Shown piece after piece: positions 31,901 through 32,000 of a DNA stretch of 32,000 bases (positions are counted from its first letter, which is position 1; the number at the start of each line of letters is the position of its first letter). A model generated the notes under the pieces. It ran no database searches. It was given only the letters and a program-made list of their open reading frames with translations, and was not told the origin of the DNA. Origin of the DNA: Acholeplasma laidlawii PG-8A (lineage in GTDB: Bacteria > Bacillota_I > Bacilli_A > Acholeplasmatales > Acholeplasmataceae). The stretch covers positions 1,464,993 through 1,496,992 of the forward strand of contig NC_010163.1 of NCBI RefSeq assembly GCF_000018785.1, written 5' to 3'. The translations under genes and the position numbers were made by a program.

Positions 31901-32000
31901 AATCAAAAAACCACCTTTCTTATGAAACCTTGCTTTTCTTATTATAAATAAAGTGTTCTTAAAAGTCAAACATAAAATGGTCTTTCTTTTATTTATTTAT

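Noticed and set aside
31901-31969. 23-aa N-terminal extension of the rpmH ORF.
   Set aside because: L34 is a conserved ~44-aa protein starting MKRTYQPS. That ATG has its own SD (AAAGGTGG), and the extension has no counterpart in L34.
1-32000. Search for CRISPR arrays, tRNA/rRNA genes, IS elements, prophage genes, toxin-antitoxin pairs, known defence-system genes and TGA-as-Trp recoding.
   Set aside because: I saw no periodic repeat-spacer structure, no tRNA-like GTTCGAATC-type arms and no transposase, integrase or phage-like ORFs. All long ORFs are intact under the standard code, with Trp encoded by TGG, so there is no sign of mycoplasma code 4.
31970-32000. Looked for DnaA boxes (TTATCCACA-like) upstream of rpmH as evidence of oriC.
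   Set aside because: None is present in the ~30 nt available. The origin, if nearby, lies beyond the window edge.

Overview
AT-rich (about two-thirds A+T by eye, not computed), gene-dense window with about 31 protein genes. It uses the standard genetic code: TGG codes Trp throughout and long ORFs are not broken by TGA. All genes are on the minus strand except one two-component system. The right edge carries rpmH-rnpA-yidC-jag, so the window probably ends just short of dnaA/oriC. Gene content points to an Acholeplasma-like wall-less low-GC bacterium (inference only): many lipoproteins, mollicute-style nuclease/ABC synteny, C30 carotenoid genes and standard code.

Contents from left to right:
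- Two tandem DHH/DHHA1 phosphoesterases.
- A lamin-tail-domain + staphylococcal-nuclease lipoprotein, co-transcribed with an unknown membrane protein.
- A CUT1-type ABC importer operon: a MalK-like ATPase with a ~170-aa Lys/Glu-rich insertion, two permeases, a binding lipoprotein, and a 917-aa modular surface lipoprotein.
- A 483-bp regulatory region with promoters, a short upstream ORF and cre-like palindromes.
- A tightly packed seven-gene operon: glutathione peroxidase, MacB/FtsX-type ABC transporter, prenol-kinase-like protein, crtN, crtM, DUF92/VTE6-like protein.
- A divergent LytTR/AgrC-like two-component system.
- A DUF2177 / DAK2-DegV (FakA-like) / DUF1295 unit.
- A T-box-controlled asnS co-transcribed with a class II photolyase.
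- A YiiX-like papain-fold protein followed by rmuC.
- jag, a long lipoprotein-type yidC, rnpA and rpmH.

I found no rRNA, tRNA, CRISPR array, transposase or integrase.

Most interesting candidates:
1. The carotenoid operon, in which VTE5-like and VTE6-like kinases bracket crtN-crtM and sit behind gpx and an ABC transporter. This suggests an undescribed prenol-salvage / membrane-antioxidant module.
2. The surface nuclease + OB-fold lipoprotein + ABC importer locus.
3. The clustering of light, ROS and lipid-protection genes around an orphan quorum-sensing-type kinase.
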